DNA of 64,000 bases from Podarcis gaigeae (Eukaryota). Positions 51,897 through 64,000 of this stretch are shown piece after piece (the first letter of the stretch is position 1; each line of letters opens with the position of its first letter). Both the position numbers and the translations under genes were made by a program. The notes beneath the pieces are model-generated. The model saw only the letters and a list, made by a program, of their open reading frames with translations. It made no database searches and had not been told where the DNA came from. The stretch is from the NCBI GenBank assembly GCA_964106915.2, contig OZ066917.1. One strand, written 5' to 3'.

Positions 51897-52056
51897 AACA
51901 TAGTAAGCTGCCTTATACCAAGTCAGTTCACTAGTCCATCCAGCTCTGCATTGTCTACACTAATTGGCAATGGGGACATTCCCAGCCCTACTTGGAGATG
52001 CTGAACCTGGAACCTTCTGAATGCAAAGCAAATGATCTACCATTGAGCTATGGTCC
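51897..52056 (-). mobile_element. tRNA-derived SINE with CR1-like tail (second copy)
   Basis: Homologous to the 58817 copy: atagctcaatggtag head and ataaggcagcttactatgtt tail. Confidence 0.6.
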
Positions 52057-52761
52057 TTCCACATATACTTTCTTTGGATGTACTGCCTGAAGGTTGCAAT
52101 TCCCATTCTTGACAGTGCAAGCAAAGAATGGAATCAGGGCACACCAGGTTGTGCACGGCCCATAATAATAGTGCAACTCAACTGTCAGAGAGTACAGATT
52201 TATCTGTTCCAGAATGTTGTTTTTGACTTGGAACATCTGCAACCATGTAGAAATAATTTGTGAAGGTATCGTTCGTCATCCTTCCAGAATTCGATACACA
52301 GAATTTCAGCCCTCCCCATTGCCCCTGCGTGCAAGTTAAAAATGAAATGCCACGCTTTTGTGCAAAACACAGTAGGCCTTTGTTTTATATAATCTGTCCA
52401 CCAGCTACTTCAATCTGATACAAAACATGTGGCTGAGGAGATCATTCACGCAGCTACTCATTTCACTGGAATTTCTAGAGCTCCTTCCTTAAAAGGTAGT
52501 GCAGCATATATTAACCCAAAATGGTCTGGCAGGCTAAGAGATGACAGAGGCAAATTCCCACTGAAACTACTCTGTGAAGAGCTTCATCTGCTGTTTCTCC
52601 CACACCCCTTCCCCCACATGAACATCACATTCCAGAAACTTACTAACCAAGGCATACAGTCAACAAGACAACAATTTCTATTTTTTTCTCCTGCCAGGAT
52701 AATGCAAGCCAGATATTCTGGCAAGCTTCTTTAGCATTTATACCTAGGTTCCCTAAGATAT

Positions 52762-53102
52762 AGGTAAAGGTAAAGGTAAAGGGACCCCTGACCATTAGGT
52801 CCAGTCGTGGACGACTCTGGGGTTGTGGCGCTCATCTCGCTTTATTGGCCAAGGGAGCCGGCGTACAGCTTCCGGGTCATGTGGTCAGCATGACTAAGCC
52901 ATTTCTGGCGAACCAGAGCAGCGCATGGAAACGCCGTTTACCTTTCTGCTGGAGTGGTACCTATTTATCTACTTGCACTTTGACGTGCTTTCGAACTGCT
53001 AGGTTGGCAGGAGCAGGGACTGAGCAACGGGAGGGATTCAAACTGCCGACCTTCTGATCGGCAAGCCCTAGGCTCTGTGGTTTAACCCACAGCGCCACCT
53101 GG
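52762..53102 (-). mobile_element. Sauria SINE with small internal deletion
   Basis: (aggtaa)n tail and conserved body, missing the ctcaccccgtcgcg segment. Confidence 0.9.
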
Positions 53103-54416
53103 CTTACTTATTTAAAGAATGAACTGATGACAGAGTACTGTTGCTGCTTTTGACTAAGACTTAGGGGCCAACTAAACTCAGTGTTGTGGAGTATTGATGC
53201 CTGTATCTACCCACTCATGCATACAGCAAGGTCTTTATATATTATTTAATATAGATGAGGGTGTGGAGATGGACCTGCTTTATTGGATAAGGAGGGGCTA
53301 TATACCCTGGACCTGACCTCCATTGTAGCACCTAAGAATATAAAAACAGCATGCTGGATCAGGCGAGGGGCCCATCTAATCCAGCATCCTGTTCTCAGAG
53401 TGGCAAACCAAACATCTATGTGAAGTCCATAAAGCAGGACCAGAATGCAACAGCTCCTCCCTCTCTTGCAGTTTCCCGCAAGCATACTGCCTCCAACAGT
53501 GAAGGTACTTCTCTCAGTCCAGCATGGCTACTAGAAGTGAATCAGGATGCAGAGAATAGGGAGAAAGGTGGGAGTTTAGCTCTCCTCATCCATTTGCTCC
53601 TTTTTATGTAAGAAGTGCATCCCCTTGTTTTATCTGTGAATGGGTCAGTCATGGGCAGAAATACTTGTGGGTCCCCGTCCCCCCACAAATCTCATATTTC
53701 TTGGAACTTGCCTACAGTCCGCTTTGCTGGCTTGGCTCCTAAATAACACAGTCTTAACTCTTGCCTGTTTGCAATCTGCTCTCTTGCTTTTACTGCTGGC
53801 TACCTGAGGCCTGCCATCCATCTGTTGCCCTGTAGACTTCAGACCTGAGTCAGAGCAGGACATGTGCCAAGTCTTAGCATGCTTAATGGGTGTCACTCTC
53901 GCAACCACTCAATCACTCTTGATTAGGGATGACTGACTTTCCAGGGGAAATCACATTGTGGCTATTTGAAGCAGAAAGTCAGTCAAGAGAACAAGAAGCC
54001 CAAACAAAAGGAATGCTGTCAGCTTTGTGATTAATTAAAGAACTTGAGTGATTATCTCATTACAGAAAGCAGGGAATGCCAGACTTGTAAAAGGTGCAAC
54101 ATTAACAAATAGCTTAAGAAGATTAATTACAACACATAGTAAATACTGTGACATTTTGTCTTACCTTACTACACATGCACAGTCAGCGCAAAAAAACACT
54201 TGCTGCACATGGAGCACACCAAATAATACTTCTGCACAGAATGTTCCAAATTCATAATATGGTGTCACTTCTTTCTCTCTTACTTCATACCCTTGTCGTA
54301 TCTGACTTCTTTCATGAAGGCTTTGACTTTAAAAATATTACTATTTGGTTAGAACAAGCAAGTTCTTGGTTTGAAAATTATCAGGTGTTTAGCAGAATTG
54401 TGTGTGTGTGTGTGTG

Positions 54417-54745
54417 TAAACGTAAAGGACCCCTGACAGTTAAGTCCAGTCGCAAATGACTCTGGGGAAGCCGGCGTTTGTCCACAAACAGTTTTTCCGG
54501 GTCATGTGGCCAGCATGACTAAGCTGCTTCTGGCGAAACCAGAGCAGCGCACCAAAACGCCGTTTACCTTCCCGCCGGAGCGGTACCTATTTATTTACTT
54601 GCACTTTGACATGCTTTCGAACTGATAGGTTGGCAGGAGCTGGGACCGAACAACGGGAGCTCACCCCATCGCGGGGATTCGAACCACCGACCTTCCGACT
54701 GGCAAGCCCAAGGCTCAGTGGTTTACACCACAACATCACCCATGT
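54417..54745 (-). mobile_element. Sauria SINE flanked by microsatellites
   Basis: Conserved body between (GT)n and (CT)/(CA)/(GA)n tracts. Confidence 0.88.
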
Positions 54746-54746
54746 G

Positions 54747-54819
<73 letters not shown>
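54746..54819. repeat. (CT)n(CA)n(GA)n compound microsatellite
   Basis: Direct inspection. Confidence 0.95.
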
Positions 54820-54829
54820 TCCACAGAAC

Positions 54830-55110
54830 AGTTTCAAAACAAGTTACAGTTAAGACAACCAAACAACAGCCAAAAGAGACCGAGGTAGTCATTTTGTTAT
54901 GTCTAGGAGCATGATGGTCTTTTTTTCTTGTAACCTCCGAAAGAAACTTTGCCAAGGTCAGTGTAATATCATTTGACCTATCCTCCAGAAGATATTTAAT
55001 ATGGGAGGTTTCAGATTTTCTCGGCAAATTTGCTAGTAAGGGTATGATCAGTTGATCCCTTGCTTGCTCGTACTGCCCACAATGCAGACATGGTTCATGC
55101 AATCAATGTC
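54830..55110 (-). mobile_element. LINE (RTE-X-like) ORF2 C-terminal fragment
   Basis: LHCGQYEQARDQLIIPLL...YLLEDRSNDITLTLAKFL, a Cys/His C-terminal remnant followed by a T-rich tail. Confidence 0.5.
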
Positions 55111-55309
55111 CTGAGAACATAAATAAAGCCTATGCTGGTAAGGGATGCCTCTCAGTCTGCCATTTAAAATTTCTGAAGGAAATACATTTAATCAAGCTTT
55201 GGAAAATAAATGCCAATAGGTGGGTACAGGCAAATTCCTAAGAAAAAAAAAATCCATTAGCGGAATTGTTGATCTTCTAAGAAAACTACTAAAATGAGGC
55301 TCCCTAAAA

Positions 55310-55413
55310 GCGGACAAATGCTGGTTCCCTCGGCCTGTAAAGCGAGATGAGCGCTGCAACCTCAGAGTTGTTCACAATTGGACTTAACTGTCAGGGGTAC
55401 CTTTACCTTTACC
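55310..55413 (+). mobile_element. Sauria SINE 3' fragment
   Basis: gcggacaaa...agcgagatgagcgc...ggggtacctttacctttacc. Confidence 0.8.
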
Positions 55414-55523
55414 AGAGAATAGAATGATAGCTTTTTAAAAAGAGGGATCTAGAGGAGATCCAGGTAATTATAATCACATTGGCTTCAAGTTTGTCCAAGT
55501 TAAATGGCTATATAACTGGTATA

Positions 55524-55879
55524 CAGTGGTGCCTCGCTAGACGAAATTAATCCGTTCCGCGATTCTCTTCGTCTAGCGGTTTTTTCGTCTTGCGAAGCAA
55601 GCCCATTGACAGCTTAGCGGATTAGTGCTAGAGCTGTCAAGCGGCTTCCAGCGATCAGCTGTTAAGCGGCTTATCAGCGGAACAGCTGATAAGCGGCTTA
55701 GCGGCTTAGGAAAAGGGCAAAAAAAGCAAAAAAAAACCGCTGGGGGACGCAAGATTTTTTCGTCTTGTGAAGCAACCCCATAGGGAAATTCGTTTTGCGA
55801 AGCGCCTCCAAAACAGAAAAACCCTTTCGTCTAGCGGGTTTTTCGTCTTGCGAGGCGTTCGTCTTGCGGGGCACCACTG
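55524..55879. mobile_element. Tigger-like MITE, family C
   Basis: TA-CAGTGGTGCCTCGC...GCGGGGCACCACTG-TA with internal AGCGG(CTT) repeats. Confidence 0.88.
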
Positions 55880-55889
55880 TATATAATAA

Positions 55890-56015
55890 TACTATGCCAG
55901 CACTGAACCATATGCACTGGTTATTCAATTTGTTTCTGAGCTGAATTCAACACGCTGGTTTTAGTGTTTGAAGTGCCAAACAGCTTGGGGCCAGGCTATC
56001 TGAAGGAGCACCTTC
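55890..56015 (+). mobile_element. L2 fragment
   Basis: HWL...QF..LVL...NSLGPGYLKE remnant. Confidence 0.55.
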
Positions 56016-56059
56016 TAAATATACCACTGTTTAATCATTGATGATTAGCGTTCAGGAAT

Positions 56060-56330
56060 TAGGAGTTTGCAGATGACCTCAAATAATTCTAGTGAAACTG
56101 CAGCAGGAGCTCCCCAAATTGGGTGAGTGGGCAACCAAATGGAAAATGTGGCTCAATATAAGTAACTTCTCATGCATACTGATGTGATCTCAACTGGCAG
56201 TGACTAACGAAGAAAACTATATTGGTGATTGCGTGGGATAGCTCGGAAATAAAACAGTCAGTATCTTGATGCCTTAATATAAATTTATAATGGAACACTG
56301 TATACAGTCCTGGGCACCAAAACACTAGAA
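56060..56330 (+). mobile_element. CR1 LINE RT-region fragment
   Basis: KLGEWATKWKMWLNISN-like remnant of CR1 ORF2. Confidence 0.55.
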
Positions 56331-56539
56331 AATGTAAAGGCAAAGGCATTCAAAACATTTGGGTTAAGAAAGGCTAAACTCCGTTGGAGTGGGTATGCAG
56401 CACAACCCTTTACATGTTTGTCACTGGAATGTGCTACATGAGGTTTATACCTAGTAAGTGTGCTTAGGATTGCAAGTTGAAGGGCATCATTAGAGACCCT
56501 TATAAAATTTGCATGGTATGTACTATGGTACTATGGATA

Positions 56540-56591
<52 letters not shown>

Positions 56592-58816
56592 CTTATGATA
56601 CTGAAACTTAGGATCAATCTATCTTCTCGAACTCTTAAGGCATCATTTTGAAAGAAAGATACTATTTAAAGAAGTACCCCCCCCCCACAAAAAATTGTTG
56701 ACATGAAACAAGTGCTTCTATGAAAATTCTCCCAAGCTTGTTTGCAAAGACAGCATAATTTTAGCTGAGATTTCCACCTTCCAAATATGATTATATAACA
56801 GGGGTCAAGACCCTGTAGCCTTCTAAGATGTTTGCTATATCATGACTCTCATCATCCCTTAACGTTGGCCATACTTGTGGAATAATGGGATCTGGAGTCC
56901 AGCAGCGTCTGGATGGTCATGGGTTTCACACTCTTGGCACTACAGAAAACGCAACCACCAAAAACTACAATATGTTGAGGAATCAAAGGACAAAAGTTAA
57001 GACAGAGATGATCAAGCTTAGCTGTGGGATATTTAAAGTCTGAGTTTTCATAGCTAGCAGCCAGTTCTGGCACCTGAAGCACAGAAAGGGAAAGCTAAAC
57101 TTGCACCATAATTAAGTGTCTTCTAGTGATCTATATCCAGCTAAACAAATTGGCTCTGTTTCCTCCTCCTCACTTTGCATGACCAAATTTAGCAACACAC
57201 AGGAGGACCTCTAACACAGATTTCAACAGAAAAGCCATCAAAGTATGAATTGGGTAGGGAGGGAATCTTTCACATACACATCCTGTTCTTCCTTTAAAGG
57301 ATCTCATTATACCTTAATATATGGATTCTAGGAGCAAGGCTGAATATGTCCAAAAGGACAGCACAGGGATACAGGTTGCTTTTAAAGGGACAGCAACTAC
57401 TAATAAGCGTGTTATTATATACCAAGTCAAAGCAAATGTCCAAACCAAAAGAAAAAGGCCAAGTAAGAAATGGACCATCATTTTCAAATGGAACGCTAGC
57501 ACCCGTTCAGTGGAATGAGAGTATCAGTGATCACTCCAGGGCCCACAACTGCTTGTCTTTAGGCTGCCTAGAACAACTAAATTTTCTCATTAGTCTTTCT
57601 TTTGCAATGTAGGAACACAGATTTGCATCGAATGCTGCACAGGTAGACTCCCTTTTCCTGTCCTTTTCCTACTTTTAGAAAAAAATGGGAGAATGTGGGT
57701 GGCTTCAGGGATGAGAAGAGGAAGGGGATGTCCCACTACATGAGCCAAAATCTGTTCCAATCACACAACAACTGTGTTGTGTATAACCATAGAAACCAAG
57801 TACAGAAGGCTGGGGCGGTGGGTGGCGAGAGAGAGGAAACGAGGGCAGGAGAAAATTCCAGGTATTGGTCATCTAAGATATTGATGTGGACTTTCAGGAC
57901 TCTTGAAATATTGTTGAGGTTTCAGGATGGCAATCATTGAACGTGCTTTCAATAAAAACACACACAAAACCACCCACATATGAGGATTGTTTACAAGAAC
58001 TGCAACAGTAGTTGCCATTCCTTTATAGAACAACCTGTATTACCCAACACTATTATTTTAGACATTTCCTGGAAGGAACCAGTGCTATGTGACCACATCA
58101 ATTAGGATTCAGCCTGAAAAGAATCTAAGCTGGCAGGTGGCACAAGAATATCTGTAGCTTGCAGAATATCTGTAGCATGCCAACGGAAGAAAAGGAAAAA
58201 AGGTACCACCAATGTAATATAGCCTCATAGCCAGTAAAAGCTAGAGTGATTTGAAAGGATATTCATGCTCTTCATAGCTTTATCCGCCCCCACTATCGTT
58301 TCTCCATAGAGTCACTTCTTTAAAATTAGTTTGCTGAAACATATGAACTGAGACACTGGAAACTTCTTCAAAATATTCCTGTCTGCACTCCTAGAAATAT
58401 GAAGTGTCCAAAGCAAACATGCTGCCTTCACCAATATGTTTCCGGTTCCGCCACTGTCTGCCACTAATGTCCATGGTAAAGGAGGAAATCACAAGGGGGG
58501 GGGGAGAGACTGAAGAAACACAGATGGTCATGACAGTGAAGGACTTCTGGCACATAGACTTCCTTGCTCTCTCAAGCCATCGGAGGCCACTCTTAATTTT
58601 AGTCATTTATTTCATTTTTGCTTTTTACTTCTCACCTTTCCTCCAAGGAACTCAAGGTGGCATACATGTCTCCGTTAGGATCATCCTACTCGCTTGTAGG
58701 ACCCCGGCAGAGATCTTACATAGGACACAATTCTCCAGATCTTTAGAAGAATTCTCCTTTTCAAAATTCTAGTATTCTGTGGAATACTATATTGCCTCAA
58801 ATGCTAGCTGATGAAA

Positions 58817-58985
58817 GAACATAGGAAGCTGTCATATATCAAGTCAAACCATTTATTTCACTGACTTGCAGTGGCTTCTCCAGGGTTTCAAAAGGGCTCT
58901 CTCCCAGACCAACCTGGAGACGTCAGGGACTGAACCTGGGGCCTTCTGCTTGCAAAGCAGGGGCACTACCACTGAGATATGGCCT
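58817..58985 (-). mobile_element. tRNA-derived SINE with CR1-like tail (Squam2-like)
   Basis: Minus-strand head ggccatatctcagtggtag...gcagaaggccccaggttcagtccc and tail cagcttcctatgttc. Confidence 0.65.
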
Positions 58986-59551
58986 TTCCAGTGAGAAAGA
59001 GGGAAGAATTATTTTTGAAAGACCCTTCCTAGACAAGACAACTAAGAACCAGAAGTACAAGCTGACAGCACCCCTGTTTGAACATACAGATCACGTCACC
59101 AACTATGAGAATGTTAGAGGGGAAAGAGTGCATCTTATTCTTTTTCTAACCAACTGGTCAAGTTGGGTCCCAGTCTTCTAATTCAGGAGACAGAGAAAAT
59201 GCCTATCTCCAACAGACAAATGTATTTTACTTACAGTGTACACAATGACAAACCCTATTTAACGCTATGGTTGTAGTGGGAATGGCTTCTAGTGAAATGG
59301 CCTGCAGCAACATTGCTGTAGGCTGCTATCCTGTCGGATCTGATAAGCTTTTAGGTCGGGAACTGCACTCTAGGTTTTCTTGCAGATCCATTACCAACGT
59401 ATTCTAGAAAGTAAGATAGCCGGGTCAAGAAAGCAGTCATCTAATAACTATGCTTATCTGGCTATTCCAGCTGAAAAAAGCATGAAAAACTGGTTGGCTT
59501 ATTAGAAGCATTGGTTAAAAGCTACATTCTCCTTGGCTTATTTTTATTGGA

Positions 59552-59903
59552 TAAAGGTAAAGAGACCCCTGACCATTAGGCCCAGTTGTTACCGACTCTG
59601 GGGTTGCAGTGCTTATCTCGCTTTATTAGCCGAGGGAGCCGGCGTACAGCTTCCGGGTCATGTGGCCAGCATGACTAGGCCGCTTCTGGCGAACCAGAGC
59701 AGCGCATGGAAACGCCGTTTACCTTCCTGACAGAGCGGTACCTATTTATCTACTTGCACTTTGAGGTGCTTTCGAACTGCTAGGATGGCAGGAGCTGGGA
59801 CCGAGTAACAGGAGCTCACCCTGTTGCGAGGATTCGAACCGCCGACCTTCTGATCGGCAAGTCCTAGGCTCTGTGGTTTAACCCACAGCACCACCTGTGT
59901 CCC
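59552..59903 (-). mobile_element. Sauria SINE, full length
   Basis: Conserved body with TSD TTTTATTGG at 59542-59550 and 59905-59913. Confidence 0.92.
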
Positions 59904-61090
59904 ATTTTATTGGGTAGGCAGGCATAATTACAAACAGTATTAATTGCTAATATTTCAAACCGATGAGCAAAGATGTCAAAGCCTAACACTGGGGGATTAG
60001 ATCCCTTGCAGGGAAGTTGTTCAAAAAGTTCTCTTCTTGTGTGTTTCCACGCTGCAAGCAAATAACTCTCGTCATATTCTCAGACACTGGAGAGTCATGC
60101 TGCCTATTCACCGGGCGGGGGGCAAGGAGAGCTTCACCAGCTGTGCACCTTTGTCTGCATCCTCCCCTTCACTCTGACTCCTAGATCAGTCATAACCTTA
60201 GCATTTTCATCAACCACTGTATGAAGGCTTGGACTCTTGTTCATCGTTGCCACCAGTTGTTGTTTTAACACTGCATCTACCTAGAACCTGTATTTTGAAT
60301 ATATATTTGTTTCATTCCACAGGTTGTTCACCTTAAGACAGGGTAGTCTGAGAAACAAAGAATGACTCTGAGAGATTCCGACATTATTGCTACGGCATCT
60401 GCTAATCTTTATTTCCAAAAATTGCTGAGTTAGAGAAACCTTTTGAATTCGCTTGCAACTGCTGAAAACCAACTTGTGTCGCATCTGTAAAGAACTATAC
60501 ACCACCAATCCCCTTTTAGCACACACTCTCTCAAACATACCCAAACTTCTAGAGGTTATATATGGTGTATTGAACCTGTATTCAAAATTCCCCAGGCACC
60601 AGGCACATTTTGTGATTGGCGCAGGTCCAGTTGAGACCAAGTGAAGATATTTTGTCACCAGGTATGGTGATTGACATCTCCACCATCTGGCTGGTGCAAC
60701 AGCGTTTTTCTGTTGTTGTGCGTCCCCCCACCCCATGTGTCCCAGCATCAAAAGATGCTGCTGTGTGCCAGCCAGGTAATTTGTGGGGGTGTCTTATCAC
60801 TGTTTTATTCTGGATTGTTTTATTTGATATTTTAATGTGTTGTTTACACTTTGAGACTCGTTTCTTTAAAATATAAAGTGATGTATAAATGAAATGAATA
60901 ACAATAATCATCATCCTCTTCTAACAAAACCCAACAACCTGTAACCTAGGTTTAAGGTGCCATTTGACTTATATATCTGAGTTTCTAACACTGTACCCAA
61001 CAAAGGCAGCAACAGAGAAAACCAATTTAGTCAAGCTTCCCTCACTGTAGGACAGATTCTTACTTACTGCTAGTAATCAGCCAAGTGAAC

Positions 61091-61422
61091 AAAGGTAAAA
61101 AAGGTAAAGGACCCCTGGATGGTTAAGTGCAGTTGAAATTGATTATGGAGTGCAGTGTTCATCTCTGTTTTCAGGCTGAGGAAGCTGCCGTTTGTCTGCA
61201 GACAGCTTTCCAGGTTATGTAGTCAGCATGACTAAACCACTTCTGGCACAACAGGACACCGTGATGGAAGGCAGAGTGCACAGAAATGCCATTTACCATC
61301 CCGCAGCAGCAGTAGCTATTTATCTACTTGCACTGGCATGCTTTTGAACTGCTAGGTTGGCAGAAGTTGGGACAAAGCGGCAGGAGCTCACCCCACCGTG
61401 CGGTTTCGAACTGCCGACCTTA
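61091..61422 (-). mobile_element. Sauria SINE, older subfamily, 5'-truncated
   Basis: aaaggtaaaggacccctggatggttaag tail variant, similar to the 6633 copy. Confidence 0.85.
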
Positions 61423-64000
61423 CCACAAAACATTAGAGAGAACAAATTAATATTATCACTGAATGCTTATGGCGCACAAAGCTAGACAAAGAAATCTAGA
61501 CAAAAACTTAACTGACTCTCTCAAACAAGAAAAGAACAGTACCAGGAAACATCTGACACCATCCAGATATGTACAACAAAGTCCACTGCCACCTAAGGAA
61601 TAAACTATATAATGACACTATCCACATCTGATAATAGGATTCATTCTATTGCAGTCATATTTCAAGCACTCCCTTAAAAGCAAATTTGAAGCACATTTAC
61701 AGACAACAATAATCTATCTTCCATACACCCCAACTTAAAACCCTGTCTTCCTGAAGCTGTTTGAAGGAGAATTTAGTCCAAAGAACATGTTGCATCCTGG
61801 TAACCCTGGTCTCCAAGCAACAAGAAACCTACCACAGATGGTATGTCCTGCTACTGAGTTTTCCATCTCTAAATCTGAGATTTTAACTGTTTCCCTGGGT
61901 CCCTTTGCAGCACAACATTTTTGTATTACATGCACTGTTTCTATGGCTATCCATCTGTTATAGGTAAAATTATGAGATTCTTCTGGCCATTTATTCCCCA
62001 TATCATACCAATCACAGTCCTTCAGAATTGCAGCCCCCAGAAATTATCTGCCTTTTTCTATTGCTCTTTCTCCAAGGATTTTGGGATGGGATATCTAGTC
62101 CTTCCTTTACCTTCACATCCACTTTGGGAAGTAGGTTGGGCTAATGACAGAAAGCAACTGAACCAATGTGATGCAATAAGCAGAGCTGCAGAATAGAAGT
62201 GGCTTCAAAAATAGGGTTGGGAAGGTGAAAGGAGCCTTAGTGGTTGCATGAGATAGAAAGGCAAAGCTCTAGGGACTTAATACTGGGGGAGTAGTGGGGA
62301 GTTGGTAGGGGAACAACCAGGGGGATAGAGCTCCCCCAATAGCAATAACCATAAGAACCTCTGTGCCATTCTTTTTATAGACAAAAACAAGAGAATTAAC
62401 CAACTAATTCTCTGTTACATCTCTGTGTGAAAGCCTCCTAGGTAGACTATTTCCAGTTCATTGTATGCAAATAGCTATACTTTTTACCACAGAGGATAGT
62501 TAAAGGGCCACATTGCAAATATGTGAAGCTCAATCACGCATGAAGATCCAGCTGCAAGCAATGAGGCCACAGAGAACCAGGAAGGGAGTATAGAAGTCTT
62601 TCAGTCTCCTCTGGACCCTCGTTTGGTTAGCAGCTCCTCTTCAAGCTCATCGTGTCTTAGCTCTGAAACTCCCTGGCTCAACTCCTCCTCCAGCTCTGAC
62701 TCCAATGCCAGCACCAAGTCATAGAAACTAAAGCTGTCTGCAGAAGGAACAGCTGTGAAGTGTCCAGCATGTTAATGCATTACAGAAGTCCAACTCCCAA
62801 TAGAATGTGATCTACTCACAGTATAAAAAGACTGGCAGTGATCTACCCATTGTCATTGGATGGACCAAAGTTGTTGGGAAGCCAAAACTGTTGAGCATTT
62901 TGGGGAAAGTCAAAGAAGTTGTTGAGCTTTTTTAGGAAGCCACAGTAGTTATCCCCCTTTTTGGGGGACGGGGAAGAACACCCCACGATCTACCAGTGGA
63001 TCACAATCTACCTTATGGACATGCCTGCATTACAGGAATGTTTGGACTGGCTGACCACAAAGTTTGCAAACAAGAATTAGCAAATTTCCCCTTTGGACTT
63101 AGGGAGACTATTGGCTGTATTGTTCTTGTTCAAACCAACTCCTTATGCAATTATTTCTACATGGGCAATTGCTGTACAGTACTGGCTTGTAGAATTGTGG
63201 TTAACTTTCATACTTCTGGAGGTCTTGTTGGAGCAAAGCCTTGCAGGACTCATACAGACAAAACTTGCACAACACACAAAGCAACCCACCACGCACAGAA
63301 GCAGGCCTTCATCCCTCTATTAATACACACCACTGTGGCTGTTTCTAGTGGTGGCCATTTTTCTTTATGGTAGCAAGTTCTATGAGTTAAGCATCATTCT
63401 GCCACACACACAAGCTGCAATACAGCCCTTGATAAAATGACTTATTACAATAATAACTCTGAGATATAACTTTAGGAATTCATAATGGATTCTCCCTAAC
63501 TAGCTAGAAGCCACCTTGTAATATTGAATTTTTGATATAAATCTGAAATGCCAGAAGGAAAACATTAAGATGTGTTTTAAGGGACTATAAAAGTTGTTGA
63601 AAACATGGCATCCATGCCTTCCATTACAGAATAGTTAAATTGCTATAACCCAGTCATTTCCTGAAATTTGACCCAATAGTGCATAGGTACAAACTGAACA
63701 TATTACTCCAAAAAAAGTCTGAATGAGCTCATACTTTAATACATGTGCTGCAACACTCTACCTGAGTATTGCTTCATATGTAACCTTTACCACCCATGCG
63801 CAACAGAAAGGACTGTTAGCCAGACATTAGCCAGACTAATGTTTACCTGTAATGTGAAAATGGAACGATGAAGGCTATTGTGGTAATGCATGTACATAAG
63901 GCTCTGAACATTTATCAGACAGTAATTCCGTATTTTAAAAAACTTTTCTTTGCAACTATTAATTCTACAAACGTATCTCTGAGATATTCAACAGCATGAG

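Noticed and set aside
55600-55710. Short AGCGG(CTT) repeats as a CRISPR-like array
   Set aside because: This is eukaryotic DNA, and these are irregular internal repeats of a Tigger-like MITE with no spacers.

Overview
Eukaryotic (vertebrate) genomic DNA from a squamate reptile, most likely a lacertid lizard judging by its Sauria/Squam1 and Squam3-type SINEs. The window lies inside one minus-strand gene, IGSF3 (EWI-3). Six GT-AG, phase-1/phase-1 exons each encode one V-type Ig domain (Ig2-Ig7): 38888-39298, 34574-34963, 32740-33141, 28362-28766, 5475-5885 and 2546-2953. The Ig1/signal-peptide exons and the Ig8/TM/cytoplasmic exons are not visible in the window. The rest is intron, densely filled with transposable elements: 9 Sauria SINEs, other tRNA-derived SINEs, Tc1/mariner (Tigger/Tc2-like) MITEs, palindromic hAT MITEs, decayed L1/L2/CR1/RTE-type LINE fragments, two solo LTRs, Penelope-like fragments and microsatellites. 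Nearly all other ORFs in the supplied track are spurious. The most notable unannotated signals are: (1) an intact minimal type-I hammerhead ribozyme motif in a TSD-flanked Penelope-derived insert on the IGSF3 sense strand (49528-49565); (2) inverted SINE pairs bracketing frame-symmetric Ig exons; (3) a long foldback just downstream of the Ig6 exon; (4) a solo LTR retaining a compact antisense promoter. TE family names and the human IGSF3 comparison come from recalled sequence features, not from database searches.
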